Below, piece after piece: positions 9,921 through 23,468 of a DNA stretch of 64,000 nucleotides (within the stretch, counting starts at the first letter, position 1; the number at the start of each line of letters is the position of its first letter). The position numbers and the translations under genes were made by a program. Below the pieces are notes generated by a model, which made no database searches, was not told where the DNA came from, and saw nothing but the letters and a program-made list of their open reading frames with translations. Origin of the DNA: Gnetum montanum (lineage: Eukaryota > Plantae > Gnetophyta); assembly GCA_015680685.1 (NCBI GenBank), contig MNCI01000596.1, forward strand, positions 624,612 through 688,611, given 5' to 3'.

Positions 9921-12900
9921 TGAAGTGCATAGTTTGCCTTTCCTAACAATGATTGACATAAGGTATGTTGTGTTAAAGGGCCTTCCTAAAAGCATAGGGG
10001 CTTGTACTTCTTTGAAGACTTTAATTTTTTCTAATTGTCTAGAGCTTGTTGGATTGCCATGGGCTATTGCGAATGCATCATCTTTAGAAGCATTCTATAT
10101 GGAAAATTGCTTCAACTTGCTTGATCTTCTAAATAACATTGGAGGATTGGTGTCCCTATGCTTTCTAACCATGTGTGGATGCACAAATTTGAAGTATCTA
10201 AGCATAACATTTTGCCAGTTATCCCCTTTATAGGTATTAGATCTTCATTATTGCTTCTAATTGCATGCGAATTAGGTGGATATTTTTTTTTGCAAATGTA
10301 ATCACTAAAAGTGATTTAGTTTGAAGGATGTCCTCCACTTATTAAAAGATGTGAAGAGTTGTACCAAGATGGTATAAATTTAAAATGTATATATTAAGAC
10401 TATATATTATAGATAAATGTTATTAACATGATTAAACTAAACAAACTTTATATTAAGCATTAAATAATACTAATATAAAAATGGAAGCTTTTATTTTCAT
10501 GGTTTCACAGCCTTACAATAGTATGGTTGTAGTAATAGAAATATTATTGGATGTTGCTAAACATTTTAGTAGTAGTAACATGTGATCAAAAAAGCATCAA
10601 ATAAGAAACTATAAAGAAATTAAATAAAGATTGATTTATTCATAGTTTAATACCTTTTCAATTTTCAATATTCTTGATTGTAACCAATTTCTCTTTGAAA
10701 GTAAAATAATCAAATCAACAAGTGTTTAAAAAGTCAAAAAAATAAAAATAAAAATTTAAATGAATTGGGTTAGGATATTTTAAGGATCACTATAAATAAG
10801 CAAGTTGGGATGACTCATATTTAAAGTTCAGAAAAATTATATCTAAAACTATTGATTTCTTTCCAAAAATAAAGTTTTTTTTATAAAAGTCATGTTGACT
10901 AAAGTCAAGTTGGTAAAAATTCTAATTTGATGACTAATTGTTGAACTAACAATCTATGGTTGAATTGAAAAACTATGAAATCAACACATTACATGATTTA
11001 CATGGATAATAAAAACAAATGAAATCTAGAGAACCAACTTGCAAACAACTTCTTTAACTTAATGAATATGTTAGAAATTCATGAAATGTATAAATAAATA
11101 TTATATCCTAGGTATATTTAGCAACTACCTTTTATATTTACATCATAATATAGATTTTCCAACTTGAAAAAGCATATTAAGAGTTTTTCAAATATATTTT
11201 TATCAAGAAGGAGCTGCTTACTAGATGTGGTGGCCACATCAAGATTGATGTAGAACATGCAAAGGGGATGATTCAACTATGAAAAACATAAATTTTCCAT
11301 GATTTTGAAAATGTAATATCTCTACTATTCAAATGAGTTTCAAGTTAACCTAGGGCTTATTAAGCAACTCATTTTACAATAGATAAGCATGTAAAATTTT
11401 AGATATTGAAATTTATTTGATAATTCAAATATAGCTAGCAAAACTAGCCTTAGATAAAACTATTCACATTTCAAAATATAAATTGATAACTTATGAGATG
11501 AATATCTTAACAATATAAAGTAAGTAAATACTTATTATGAAGATCTAATGATAGTTGAAATTTTTTACACAACTAAAAAGTTTTAAATGATGGCTTGATT
11601 TGAGTTTATTTGATAGTTGAAATTTATTACACAACTATAACATCAAATGTCATTATTTAACTTCCTAAAATGTAGTGAAAGTTGATGGCACCTAAAAATC
11701 TTGATAAAATGACTAAATTCAAATATGGAATTAAAGTTGAAACTATTTGAAGATGAGATACAACAATAATTATTAATGAATAATGAATTTTAAATGAATA
11801 AATGGAAGATAATGGATAAAATTTATAATTAAATTAGTCTTCATTCATGAGAGTTACTTGTGAGTTATTTATACCATAATATGCTTATAAATTTATAGGC
11901 ATTTGCTAGGCCATGATAACTATTAAATGACGAAGGATTTTTTTTCATGGAAATAAGGTTGAAATCTGAAGGGACATGAGAGGTTGGGGCTATTTTTCAA
12001 TTGCATCCATCCATAAATATTTTAATAAAATTTTTTTATCTATTTTCTCCTATGTGCAGTAAAAAAAATTTAAAAAATGATATAACTTTTATCTTACTCA
12101 AAATTCTAACATTATCTTCATTTAATATTTGTATTTGATTTTATCTTTACAATTTTTCTTCAAGTTTTTATACTTTCTAATGTAAACATAGCCTTTAATT
12201 ACCTTGAATTTTTGCTTATTGAATTAATTTCTTGTTCTTATTTAAAGTCCACAATATGAGCAAGTAATTTGAGAAAAGGACAATGAGTCCAATTGCATCC
12301 TAGAACTAACAATAAGATTGTTGATTTGGTATCTCAAAGTTTTAGGTTTGATTTTATAGTACAATACTATGTTATAAAAATTCTAATTTGACAATGTCTT
12401 GGGAAGGGGTTAAATATTATTAAAAAATTATTTCGGGTTCCAACACCTCCCTTTCCTAAATATCTTTTTTATCTAAATGTTATTATGATAATAAAATTTT
12501 AATGTACACGAAATCATAAATTAAATGCATGGTGGGATTCAAAGTCAGGATTGCATGTACTCTATACTATATAACTCACACTTAAACTTGCTAGTGATAT
12601 GTGGCTTAAGTGATTAGCTAATTATCTTATTAGGTAAGAGGTTATTAGTTTGAGTCATACTTATTATATTCTATAATTCTTTTAAAGTAGCATGTTGGCT
12701 ATAAATCTTGAGATATAGTTCTAATAAAATTTCATATAACAATTATAATGAGATGTTTTAGATGTACTCTAGAATTTTATACATGATTAAAGAAAATCAT
12801 TTTCTTTATTCTTTCTAAATATAAAGGGATTATTGGAATTGAATGCTTTTAGCTATATGTATGTGTAGGTCAAATAGAGAACACAATGTTTTAATAGAAC

Positions 12901-14467
12901 TTAAGTAGAATATAACAACTTATGATTTACAATTCATAGTTTTAATTCTAAGGGGTACACTAATACAACACTATTATATTTTGCTAAGTTTTGATAAGCA
13001 TTGACTATGCCCAATATCCAACCACAGGATCTATAAGTATAGTTGAGACACATGATTGTGATATTGTTATGGCTATGCACTAAATTAAATAATAATAGTA
13101 AAGAAATTCCTCCATATGAATTAACATGTGATGAAATCATAAACATTATTTAAATATGTATAGGAAATTAAATAACCTGAAAGGTAAATATAACCTAAGC
13201 AAGAGTTCTACAATGGAAGGGGATTAATCTTGATCTTTATTGCCAATCATGAAACACATCAAGATACATTCGACTCAAACAAAGGTATTATATGATTAAT
13301 TCTAAACCATGTGATGGTACTCGCTAACTACTACTAGGAATAAGAAAACAAGATAATAAAGATTTACTACTTATTGACCTAATGATGCCATATATGTAGT
13401 AAATGAGTTATATTTATAGACATTTATTCCTACTACCATGCTACATTTGTGATATAGCATCCTAGCTTACATGCGATATCATAGTTAATTGGCACTACAA
13501 AATAATCATTCATTATATCCTCATAACTAACTAAAAACTAAACTTTGACTTATACAAAATTAAGAAAAAATGTCTTACAAAATAATAAGAGTGATACTAA
13601 ACTAACTAACTAACAAAGGATTGAGTTTTGCATTATAAAATTTATTCGAGTGGTTACATTACAAAAAATGAAAAAACTTAATAGACATACAAAGTTCATA
13701 AACATTGCAAGAGATTTTCAAAATTGTAAATGAAGGATCCAAAAGCTATACCTAGTAATGAAGGTTATTTATGCTTTAACGTCTCTTATAGCTACATCAT
13801 TAACTCCTTTACAATCATGTAAAAATGAGAAAACATTACCTTGAACTTCTCACCATCGATTTGGTCTCCAACATTCCAGGAAAGTTTGGCAAGTTGTGGT
13901 GTGGTTGGAACATTCCATGAACATGGAAATGTTGGAAACCTTTTATTTTCTTAGATAAACTACCAAGTGAAATTAGTACGTTCAATTTTAAGCAACATTA
14001 CCTTGTCCTTGTTTGCCTAGTAGTCTACCATTCTCTTTGCTAGGTTCTTTGTAACATCCCTCTAGTTTGTAAAGTTTACCTTGAGAACCTCTAACTTGAT
14101 GTTTACAATTTGCAACTTCTACTTTTCTTAATCATGAAGTTGGCATTCATGTTCATAGAGGGAGAATATAGTGGCAACTAGCTTCAATCTCTAGTTTTGA
14201 TCACAAGCTTTCAAATGTAAACATAGATAAATTAACATATCTTAGGTTATTCAATTCAAGGTCATGAGTTAGGTCTTTGATTTGAAGATCCTTCATCATA
14301 AGTTTGGCTTGATTCCTTACATTGATTCTATCTAGGATGCTTGCTTATGTTGTTGTAGTAGGTTATTGTAAAGCAATGTTTAAATTAGACTTCGATACTT
14401 TGATTTTCTTTTCATTGATCTCCTTCTATAGCTCTACTTGATCTTTGAGATGCTTTTTAAACACTTT

Positions 14468-15444
14468 TGATGAGACGCGATTCGCATGAGTTGCGATATC
14501 GCATACGTGATATCGCGTCGTCCCCTACAATGTCGTGTATGCCATATCACGGTCTGCCGCCACATCTATAAATAAGAGGCGACACTTCCTTTATTTCCCA
14601 TCCTAGGCTAGAAGTAGAGAAACTTTGGTAGATTGATCACTCTAGAGATAGAATATTTTCCATGTGCATGTAGTAGGAGTCCCCAAGTGAACGGATCTTT
14701 ATTTGAGCAACATTGTACCTGAATGCAAGTTTCGTACGACAATAAAGACGAGCTTTGTGGATAAACCTTGCAGTGCATGGAATAGGATTTATTACTTGTT
14801 ATTTATTACCTGTTATTTCCTACCTATTATTTATTACCCTGCAGTAGCGCTGCATGAGTACGACTTGATTACGAGCATTTACGAATGTGTACGGCTAATC
14901 AAGGAATTGGCTGCTCATCGCGATTAGATTCTCTCACCCTCAACTCATAGAATGTGGAATGAGTACAACTTGATTACAAGCATCTAAGGATGTGTACGGC
15001 TAGTCAAGGAATGGATGCTCATTACGCTTAGGCTAGTTAAGTGCCTTAGTACGACCACTTTAAGCATGTGCGTTACGTGTGGTGATCCCAGTAACGATTA
15101 GCGTTTGGTAGTCGCGGTTGCATAGTTCAGGGTGTGTACGGTAAGTGGGAATGGATGCTGACGCTAGTTAATTTAGACTTAGGTCATTAGTTAGAGTTAG
15201 CTAGTTTCTCAACCCTTCACCTCAATAGCATAGAAGAAAAACATAAAAAGATATAAAAATCATATACCTCGGACTTACTTAACCGTACACCGTGACAAAC
15301 ACAAGTAAGTCTGGGAAGACAACGAATGATTAAGCCCAAGTGTTCCATGGGGCATGTAGGCACTTAGTCTATGAAGTTCGATCAGATCGCATGTGCTACG
15401 CTTGTTTCATATGGTTGAGTGTAGGGGTACCTCGCCACTCATCA
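14468..15444 (+). repeat. 5' LTR of element B (977 bp)
   Basis: 7-bp terminal inverted repeat, GATATC palindrome array, TATAAATA near 14567 and AATAAA at 14741. Confidence 0.96.
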
Positions 15445-15445
15445 T

Positions 15446-15463
15446 TGGCGCCGTTGCCGGGGA
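15446..15463 (+). promoter_or_regulatory. Primer-binding site complementary to the tRNA-Asp 3' end
   Basis: TGGCGCCGTTGCCGGGGA 1 nt after the LTR, the typical Athila PBS. Confidence 0.95.
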
Positions 15464-15589
15464 CTAAGTGTTTGTGCGCCGAATAGAACATAAAGGATAT
15501 CATTCACATCATTGTGGGCCTTAACGAACCTTCGAGTTAATCAAACAAAAAAAAATTTATATAATGGTGAATTAGAACACCGATAAAAA

Positions 15590-18500
15590 ATGTCTTCTTC
15601 TCATAAGAGTAACTCACCACCTAAAGACCATAAACGAGACAGTCGGAAACATAAAACACATAACCAAAATCAGCCAGTACCTCAACAATATAAGATGACA
15701 TATACTCATCCTGATGAGTATATCCCTAACTTTACTTTTATTCTCCATCAAGATGAACAGATGAGCTGGAGAGATTTGCAAGGTAACATTGTGTTACCTC
15801 CAGATCGATCAGTCCCAAACATGCTTTTTCATGCCTTGGCATAGATAGGCATGACTGAATTATATGTTGAATACGTTGTAGACGATTTCAACATGAGGGA
15901 TTATTATCCCACAGATGCCCAACGTATGAGGGACTTAAGGCAAGAGAGTCAACATACACTGCTGAAGGGCAAAGGTCTGCACGTCCTTAGCAAAATAGGA
16001 GATGAGGAACCCCTTATAATGGGTTCTTTAGCAAACAATGTTCCCCCTCCTAACAATGATGAGGAGGTTGGGTATCAGAACCTACGATCAACGATACATA
16101 ACCATGGTTCTGATGCCCATGAACACCAACTATTCACAGAGGGAACAACCACTCATGCTAAGGACGAGCACTTAGATCGTCACCATGATCGGGGCCATAG
16201 CAGCTGAAGAGAAGGCAAGAAACATCGTCATGACGATGGTTCCCCTTCTTCTTCCCCTTCTTCACATCACTCACCCTCTCCTTCTACATCTGGGTGCAGT
16301 CACCATGAACATAAAGGTGAGGATAAAGGTAGATAAAAGGAGAGACCTCGACGGGAAAGTCGAGAGAGAGGACAAGGGCAAGGACATAGGGAGAGTAGGG
16401 AACAACGTAGACATCACAGGCATCATGAAAGAGATGACCATGATGAGCCCCTACTCGCAACCCGAAGTATGCTTAACATAACGAAGGTAGTTAGGATTCC
16501 CACAAGGCATTTAAAAGATAGTCGGATCAAACGATTAGACATGAACAATATCCCACGATTTGAAGGAGGATACAATGAAAATCCGCAAAATCATTTACAG
16601 GCATTCCACTATGCATGTGCCTTGTAGAATATAGAAAATGAGTGGCAAAAACTTAAGTTGTTTCCAAGGACACTCACCAAAGAAGTAGAGAGTTGGTATC
16701 GGTCCTTAGAAATAGAAACCATCAGGAGGTGGAGTACGATGTTAGAACTATTCAACGAAAAGTATCAGACATACTCCAGAGTGTCCAATTTGCATAAGCA
16801 GATCCAAGTATGGAAACAAGGTCATCACGAACCCTTGGATGCTGCCATGACCCACTACTACACATTGTTACATCGTTGCCCAGGCCATGGGTACGCTTAG
16901 CGGGATCAACTTCGCCACATTGTGGATGGGCTAAGGCATGGAACTAGAAGAACCCTTGGAACTTATGCCCAAGGGAGACTCTCACAACTTAGAGCCCATG
17001 AAGTACATCACTTGTTGGAGCAAGTAGCAAAAGAAGAAGGTGAGCTACGAAAAAGAAAAAGTGTGGAAGAATACAACCGTGATCCCTCTCTTCGAAAGAA
17101 GGGAGTGAAATTTTGNNNNNNNNNNNNNNNNNNNNNNNNNNNNNNNNNNNNNNNNNNNNNNNNNNNNNNNNNNNNNNNNNNNNNNNNNNNNNNNNNNNNN
17201 NNNNNNNNNNNNNNNNNNNNNNNNNNNNNNNNNNNNNNNNNNNNNNNNNNNNNNNNNNNNNNNNNNNNNNNNNNNNNNNNNNNNNNNNNNNNNNNNNNNN
17301 NNNNNNNNNNNNNNNNNNNNNNNNNNNNNNNNNNNNNNNNNNNNNNNNNNNNNNNNNNNNNNNNNNNNNNNNNNNNNNNNNNNNNNNNCACCACCAACAC
17401 AACAGTACCCTTATTGGCAACCTAATCCTTATGGTTATTATGTGTAGTAGCCGATTTTCCCAGGTGACTCTATGGGTCACATAAACCCTCCATGTTACTA
17501 CCGAGTTTAGGAGTATTTTAGGACTCCTTCTCCTTTGGGAAACACTCCATACCCACACTATCCTCCAAATCCATCCACATCTCTTGTGCCAGTAGTCCCA
17601 CCGCCAATTGCTCCAACAAAGCCTAGAGTAATTCCCACTCAACCACGACAACCCAACATTGTGAGGGCTCCCAATCCTCAATTCTCAGTTGGTTCTAACA
17701 ATCATACACCAAAAAGACCTTTCCTTAGGACCAACAATCCAACCAAACCCTTGCCTTCACAAGCGGTTGAGCATCTAAACACCTCCATACCAAATAAGGT
17801 TTCGGGAAACCCTTCGACAGAGAAATCGCGCCCAATGCATACAGTTATTTTAACACATACAGTAATCGACTGGATCAAGGTCGACCACCTTCCAAAGAAA
17901 TTATCGGATCCGGGAGTCCCCCTAGTTTACCTCTAATTCGCTAGGAATGAACCCCATAAGGTTCTCCTTGACTCAAGTTTCGGAGTCAACTTAATTTCAT
18001 AAGAACTGTATAAAACCTGGAACTTGCCTCCACTCAAGAAGAGAAATATTGGCTTAGAGCTGGCTGACTAGTCCATCACTATTCCTTTGGGATAGGTTGA
18101 GGACATTGTTACCACTATGGGTGGTTGATCATATCCAGCCGATTTCCTAGTGATCCAAATAAACAATGACAAAGGGGATTTCCCAATTATAATGGGAAGG
18201 GCATGGCTGAATACAATTGATGCATGCCTAGGAATCCGCAATCTTTTCCTAGAAGATCCAAGACAAATACTTTTGAAAAAATTGAGAGGAAAAGAGTTCC
18301 ATGCATCGCATATAGTGACACAGGGTGTCATTTTGTGCAGAAATCATGGGTGATGCGAAGTTTAACATTGCCTGCATGCAATTGGTGTGCATAGGATATT
18401 GACATACAAAAGTGCCTATATGCGGCAGCCACACAACAAGAAAACACCCAGTAGTTGATGGCTGATAAATAGAACAACTCAACAACCTGCATGGAACTAG

Positions 18501-21440
18501 CTGAGGGAATAACTAGTGCTTACATTGAAAGCATAGACGTATTAGAGTAAGTCTGTTGCCAACTTCCAACCGTTAACTCCAAAAACATTAATTTGGGGAA
18601 GTTGGAGATTCCTGAGGAGTTTAAACAAGAGCCCCTAGATTTAAAACCATTGCCCACTGGTTTGGAATACATGACCCTTAAAAATGGAAAATCAATAATC
18701 ATCAATGCAAAGCTCGCACCCAAGCAAGAAGAAAGTTTGCTAAAGGTGATAAACAAGTGGTCAACAACCTTTGCCTGGTCATACCTTGAACTAATCGGAA
18801 TAGATCCTAGGATATGCTAGCATAGGATTTACACAGATCCCTCAATGAAACCTCGAAAGCAACCCCAGAGGTGATTGAACCCAAAGTTAAAAAAAATAGT
18901 GAAAGAGGAGATAGAGCAGCTTCTCAAGGTTGGGTTCATTTACCCTATTGCTGATAGCTAGTGGGTTAGTCCTCTTGTAATTGTATCGAAAAAAGGAGGT
19001 AAATGGAGGGTATGTATAGATTTTAGGCTATTAAATATGGCAACATTCAAAGATCACTTCCCATTGCCATTTGTTGACCAAGTATTAGACACTATAGCAG
19101 GGCATCACTATTACAGTTTTCTGGATGGGTATAGTGGGTACAACCAAATACGAATTGCGCCAGAAGACCAAGCCAAAACAACATTCACCAGTCCTTGGGG
19201 AACATTTGCATACAAACAAATGCCTTTTGGCTTGTGCAATGCAGCTGCCACATTCCAACGATTAGTTCTAAGAATATTTCAACAGCAAATAGGTAATGGA
19301 GTAGAAGTCTTCATGGACAACTTCTCCACTTATGGGATGAGCTTTGATCAAGCCCTTGACTGGTTAGAGCAAGTATTGAAATGATGTGTTGAAACCAACC
19401 TAAAGCTTAACTGGCAGAAGAGCCATTTGATGGTTCAAGAGGGCATCGTACTGGGGCATAAAATTTCACAATCAGGAATTGAGATGGATCCAGAAAAAAT
19501 TAAAGTCATCCAAGGAATTACCTGACAACCAGAAACCGTTAAAGACATTAGGTCATTTCTTGGACACACTGGCTACTATAGGAGGTTTATCGAGCACTTC
19601 TCCAAAGTTGTCAAGATGTTGGTGGAATTAACAAAAAAAGATGCACCATTTGAATGGACCAAGGAATGTGAACAAGCATTCCAAACTCTCAAACCGAGGC
19701 TTGTGGAAACTCCCATTCTACAAGTCCCTGACTGGTCCAGGCCATTCCATATCATGACCGACACATCTAATTATGCCTTAGGAGCTGTACTGACACAATT
19801 AGATGAACAAAAATGACCTTATTACATCCATTGTGCCAGTAAGAGTATCACCGGTGCACAACTCAACTACATGACTACAGAAAAGGAATTAATGGTTGTA
19901 GTGTTTGCACTGGACAAATTTAGGCACTATGTATTTGGTTACAAAGTATACATCCGTACAGATCATAGTGCAATTAGGTTCCTTATGAACAAGCCAATAG
20001 TTAGCCCACGTATCATACGTTGGTTGGTAATTCTTCAGGAGTTCGATTTAACAATAGTAGACCGCAAAGGCACCGAGAATGTAGTCGCCGATCACCTATC
20101 TTGGTTGTGTTGGGACAACAAAGAGGATGAATATGCTATATCTAATCATTGTCCTAATGAAACCCTCTTTACTGGTGTAGTGAATGATCAACCCATGGAA
20201 ATAAATTGGTATAGTAGCATTCTTACTTATCTCACTTCCCAAAAAATACCATAGGGGTTGGACTTTAGGAAGAAACAATAGTTTCTTCACAAAACCAAGT
20301 ACTTCATGGAAATCAAGGGACAACTCTATAAAGTCTATCCTGATTGCTTGGTTCGATGGTGTGTGCCTGATCAGGATCAATTAAAAGTTCTCTAAGATGC
20401 TCATGAGGGCCCCTGTGGGGGTCATTATGCTGGGAGATGAACGGCTACCAAGGTCCTGCTTGCAGGATATTATTGGCCAACACTATTTCGGGATGCCCAT
20501 CATTTCACCCAATCCTGTGAGCACTGCCAACGTGACGGTGGAATGATTGCTAGAATGGAGGGTCTAGAACAATGGATTCAACCTTTGGAATCCTTTGATA
20601 TCTGGGGAATAGATTTTATGGGGCCTATTACGCCGATGTCCAACGAAAAGGCATATATCATCGTTGCTGTTGATTACTTAACAAAATGGGCTGAACCAGC
20701 CATAGTAACAGATTGCACATCATCTACGGCTGCACAATTTGTACAACAACAAATCGTAAATAGGTTTGGTGTGCCACATGCACTCATCTCGGATAATGGA
20801 ACACATTTCATGGGTGCAACCTTTTGCAAAATTATGCAATGCTTAGGGGTTGAGCATAAATTGACCACACCTTACCACCCCCAAGCTAATGGCCAAGCCG
20901 AGGTTACTAACCGGGAGATTACCAGAATATTAAAGAGAATGATTAGCAAATTTAGGCGAGACTAGAGCACAAAACTAAACGACACTCTCTGGGAATACCG
21001 ATCCACTTGGAAGCTCCCTCTAGGCTATTCTCCCTATGAGTTAGTGTACAGGAAACTACCAAAGCTCCCCATACAGAATGAGCTCTGTATACTATCCATG
21101 GCTTGTGACCTCCATCTAGACCTTGACTTAGCATAGAAACAACGGTTGGAAACTCTGAACGTGCTAGACGAGAATAGATTGGTTGCACTATCATTAAATG
21201 AGTTGCATAAAGCACACAGTAAATAGTGTCATGACTTAAGAATTCGAAGGCTTAGGTACCAACCGGGAGACAAGGTCCTTTATTGGAATCCCACGCATGT
21301 ACCTCAGTGTACAAAATTTCAAACATTGTGGGAAGGACCCTATATTATTCATACAACCTTCCCCTCTAGAGCCATGATGATATACAAACCTAACAGCCCA
21401 GATAAATGATTATTGGTTAACGTACAACAAACAAAACCTT
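15590..21440 (+). pseudogene. gag-pol of element B with stops and frameshifts
   Basis: gag LFPRTLTKEVESWYRSL; PR KLSDPG..LLDS..IIMGRAWL; RT KDHFPLPFVDQVL/FLDGYSGYNQI/MPFGLCNA/VFMDN; RH TTEKEL..TDHSA; INT WGIDFMGP/ISDNGTHF/YHPQANGQAE and W.GPY. Confidence 0.95.
17116..17388. other. Assembly gap (273 N)
   Basis: Run of N. Confidence 1.
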
Positions 21441-23455
21441 TTCGTGAACCCGCAACAACCAGTACAAGTTACACACCCACTAGTGGGCAACCTCGCTCAT
21501 TATTTCGGATCTCTCCCTTACAACTCAGTCATGGGGGAGATGGAAACCTATGCTAATCATATGGGGCCCTCAGTTTTTTTTTATTTTTGTTTTACACGTT
21601 TTTGTCTTACACCTTTTTGTTTTACAAATTTCTTTATGTTTTTGTTTTACAACATCGTTATACTTTTTCCATTTTGTGTGTGTGTGTGTGTGTGTGTTCC
21701 ACCATGTAAGTTTTTCACCCAATAAGTGTTCAGAATGATGGTATGAACTGTTTTCATATTAATTGCTAATGTTTGATTTTTACCTTTAAGTCACAATGTT
21801 GATACTAAGGTATGTTTCTTTTGATATGGCAGGCAATGAGACCACTTCATCCATCCATCCACCAGTTTCTATGGTCTCTCTTGGCTTGCAAATGTATAGT
21901 CGCCTTCTAATAAGGACTTAAACGAATCGGTGACTGGGCATTTCTTAAACTAAGGAAGGACTCAAGGATTGCAAAGGGTGTGACTTCAAGAGAAGTTGAG
22001 GCTTTTGTGTTAGTCATTCTCTTAGGTGCTTGGATGTTTTCTTCTTGAGTTTTCTTGTCGTTTCGATGTTATCCAATTATCAGAAGCTGAGTCAATAAAA
22101 ATAAAAAGTCTTTGCATGGTGTGGTTCTCACGCATAAAAACACAAAACATACAAAAAAAAAGAAAAAAAAGAAAAAAAGAAAAAAAGTGAGAATTCAAAG
22201 CACACCCCTTAGACAAAATAAAACTTGGGCTACAAGCACTGGTTATGGAACCAAAAGTGTTCCCTCTAACTAAGGCCCTTCTCGCTTCCCATTCCCTACT
22301 TTGTTTCATCAGAATGGTGGTGGCTCTTTGGAGATGCATTCTTATTATTCAAGTGGTTGGTTTGGCCGAATGCATTGATGCAAATTCACTGGATGTGGTT
22401 GGTTTGAAGCTGGACTTGGAATGGGATTTGCAAAGTCACATTAATCATGAAACACACAAGGGGCTGTACACCACCTTATTCTTGAGATTCCATTCCATCC
22501 TCTTCTCTCCACCCTTCTCCCCATTGTTCACCTCATTGCCGGTTGTATCATTCGTGTACATATTTTGGTTGATGCATTGTTTTATTTTTGGTAAATTCTT
22601 ATGGTTAAGACTTTAACTCTTGTTCCAAATGACATTCCTAGAGCCTACGGACTCTTTGAATGCAGGTTTGTCAGGGCATTCAGGACATGGGCCTGCTTTG
22701 GGGAGGACCCACTGACATTCCTATTTGGAGCATTAGTTAAATTCTTTCCCCTAACATTTTGCAATTAATTTTCTTTTGTTCATTACCATCTTGACACCCA
22801 TTTCATCAATGCTATAGTTGTCCCTTTTTATCTATCTTTCTTACTCCCTTTCTTTCTTCATTCTAACGCTACCGGAGGTTCACGATTAGTCATGGGGGTA
22901 CGGGGCCTGATTTTTTTGATTTTCTCCTAGCCCTGAATTTTTTGATTTTCTTCCTAACCCCTACACCTTTGGTAGTCATCATTAATATATCCCCAAATCC
23001 GTATTAGCCATATCACAACCTAGCCAATGGATCTACACCAAAGCAAGGTATCAATTACATGATGATTCATTTACCCTTGCTAATATAAGATTGTGTTGTG
23101 TGTGCAGATGGCGATCATACAAACAACGGATTGGATCTGGAGCAAACACTTGGAATGGAGCAGCGTTGAAGCAGCTATGCAAGGAGCAAGGTCGATGGTG
23201 TAGTTATGGATAAACAACAAAGATGTAATCTTGGCGTTGGCAGTAGCAACACTTCTTTCTCTCTCTCTTTCTCAGCTGCCAACTAAGGCCTGATGTCATT
23301 GTAATAAGGTGTTCACCCTTGTTGTCATGAACACCAGTTTTTTCAAGTCTTGTAATGATGATCCGTTAACATGTCATCCCATTAGTTCCATTCCCCTCAA
23401 TAATTCCATACCTTCCCAATATTATTGTAAGGAACTCGAGGACAAGTTTTCATTC

Positions 23456-23468
23456 AGTCATGGGGGTA
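23456..23468 (+). promoter_or_regulatory. Polypurine-tract-like AGTCATGGGGG before the 3' LTR
   Basis: Abuts the 3' LTR; the same motif occurs at 21527-21537 and 22888-22898. Confidence 0.85.

Larger units (their letters stand above)
8294..10400 (+). pseudogene. LRR region of the NLR-like gene, split by a retroelement fragment (about 8705-9920) and carrying stops
   Basis: 8297-8700 reads VKGIY...KLDVLSSSLRILSL...VEGECKAAFSSLRI. 9925-10400 has cytoplasmic-type LRRs LKGLPKSIGACTSLKTLIFSNCLELVGLP..IGGLVSL..L..CGCTNLKYL, then stops and an EGCP..IKRC tail. Confidence 0.82.

Noticed and set aside
10450-13800. Possible gene or DNA-transposon remnant in AT-rich DNA
   Set aside because: No recognisable motif or sustained reading frame.
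14468-15444. Hammerhead ribozyme / retrozyme in the LTR (TGATGAG ends)
   Set aside because: TGATGAG is the terminal inverted repeat. No CUGANGA..GAAA..UH core with stems was found, and the element encodes its own gag-pol.
15446-15463. tRNA-Asp gene fragment
   Set aside because: Only 18 nt, directly after the LTR; this is a primer-binding site.
16922-17681. Long ORFs in the ORF track
   Set aside because: Artefacts of reading through the N gap.
22245-22616. Hydrophobic 123-aa ORF as an env gene
   Set aside because: The hydrophobicity follows from T-rich composition and there is no recognisable env-like motif; kept only as part of the 3' region question.
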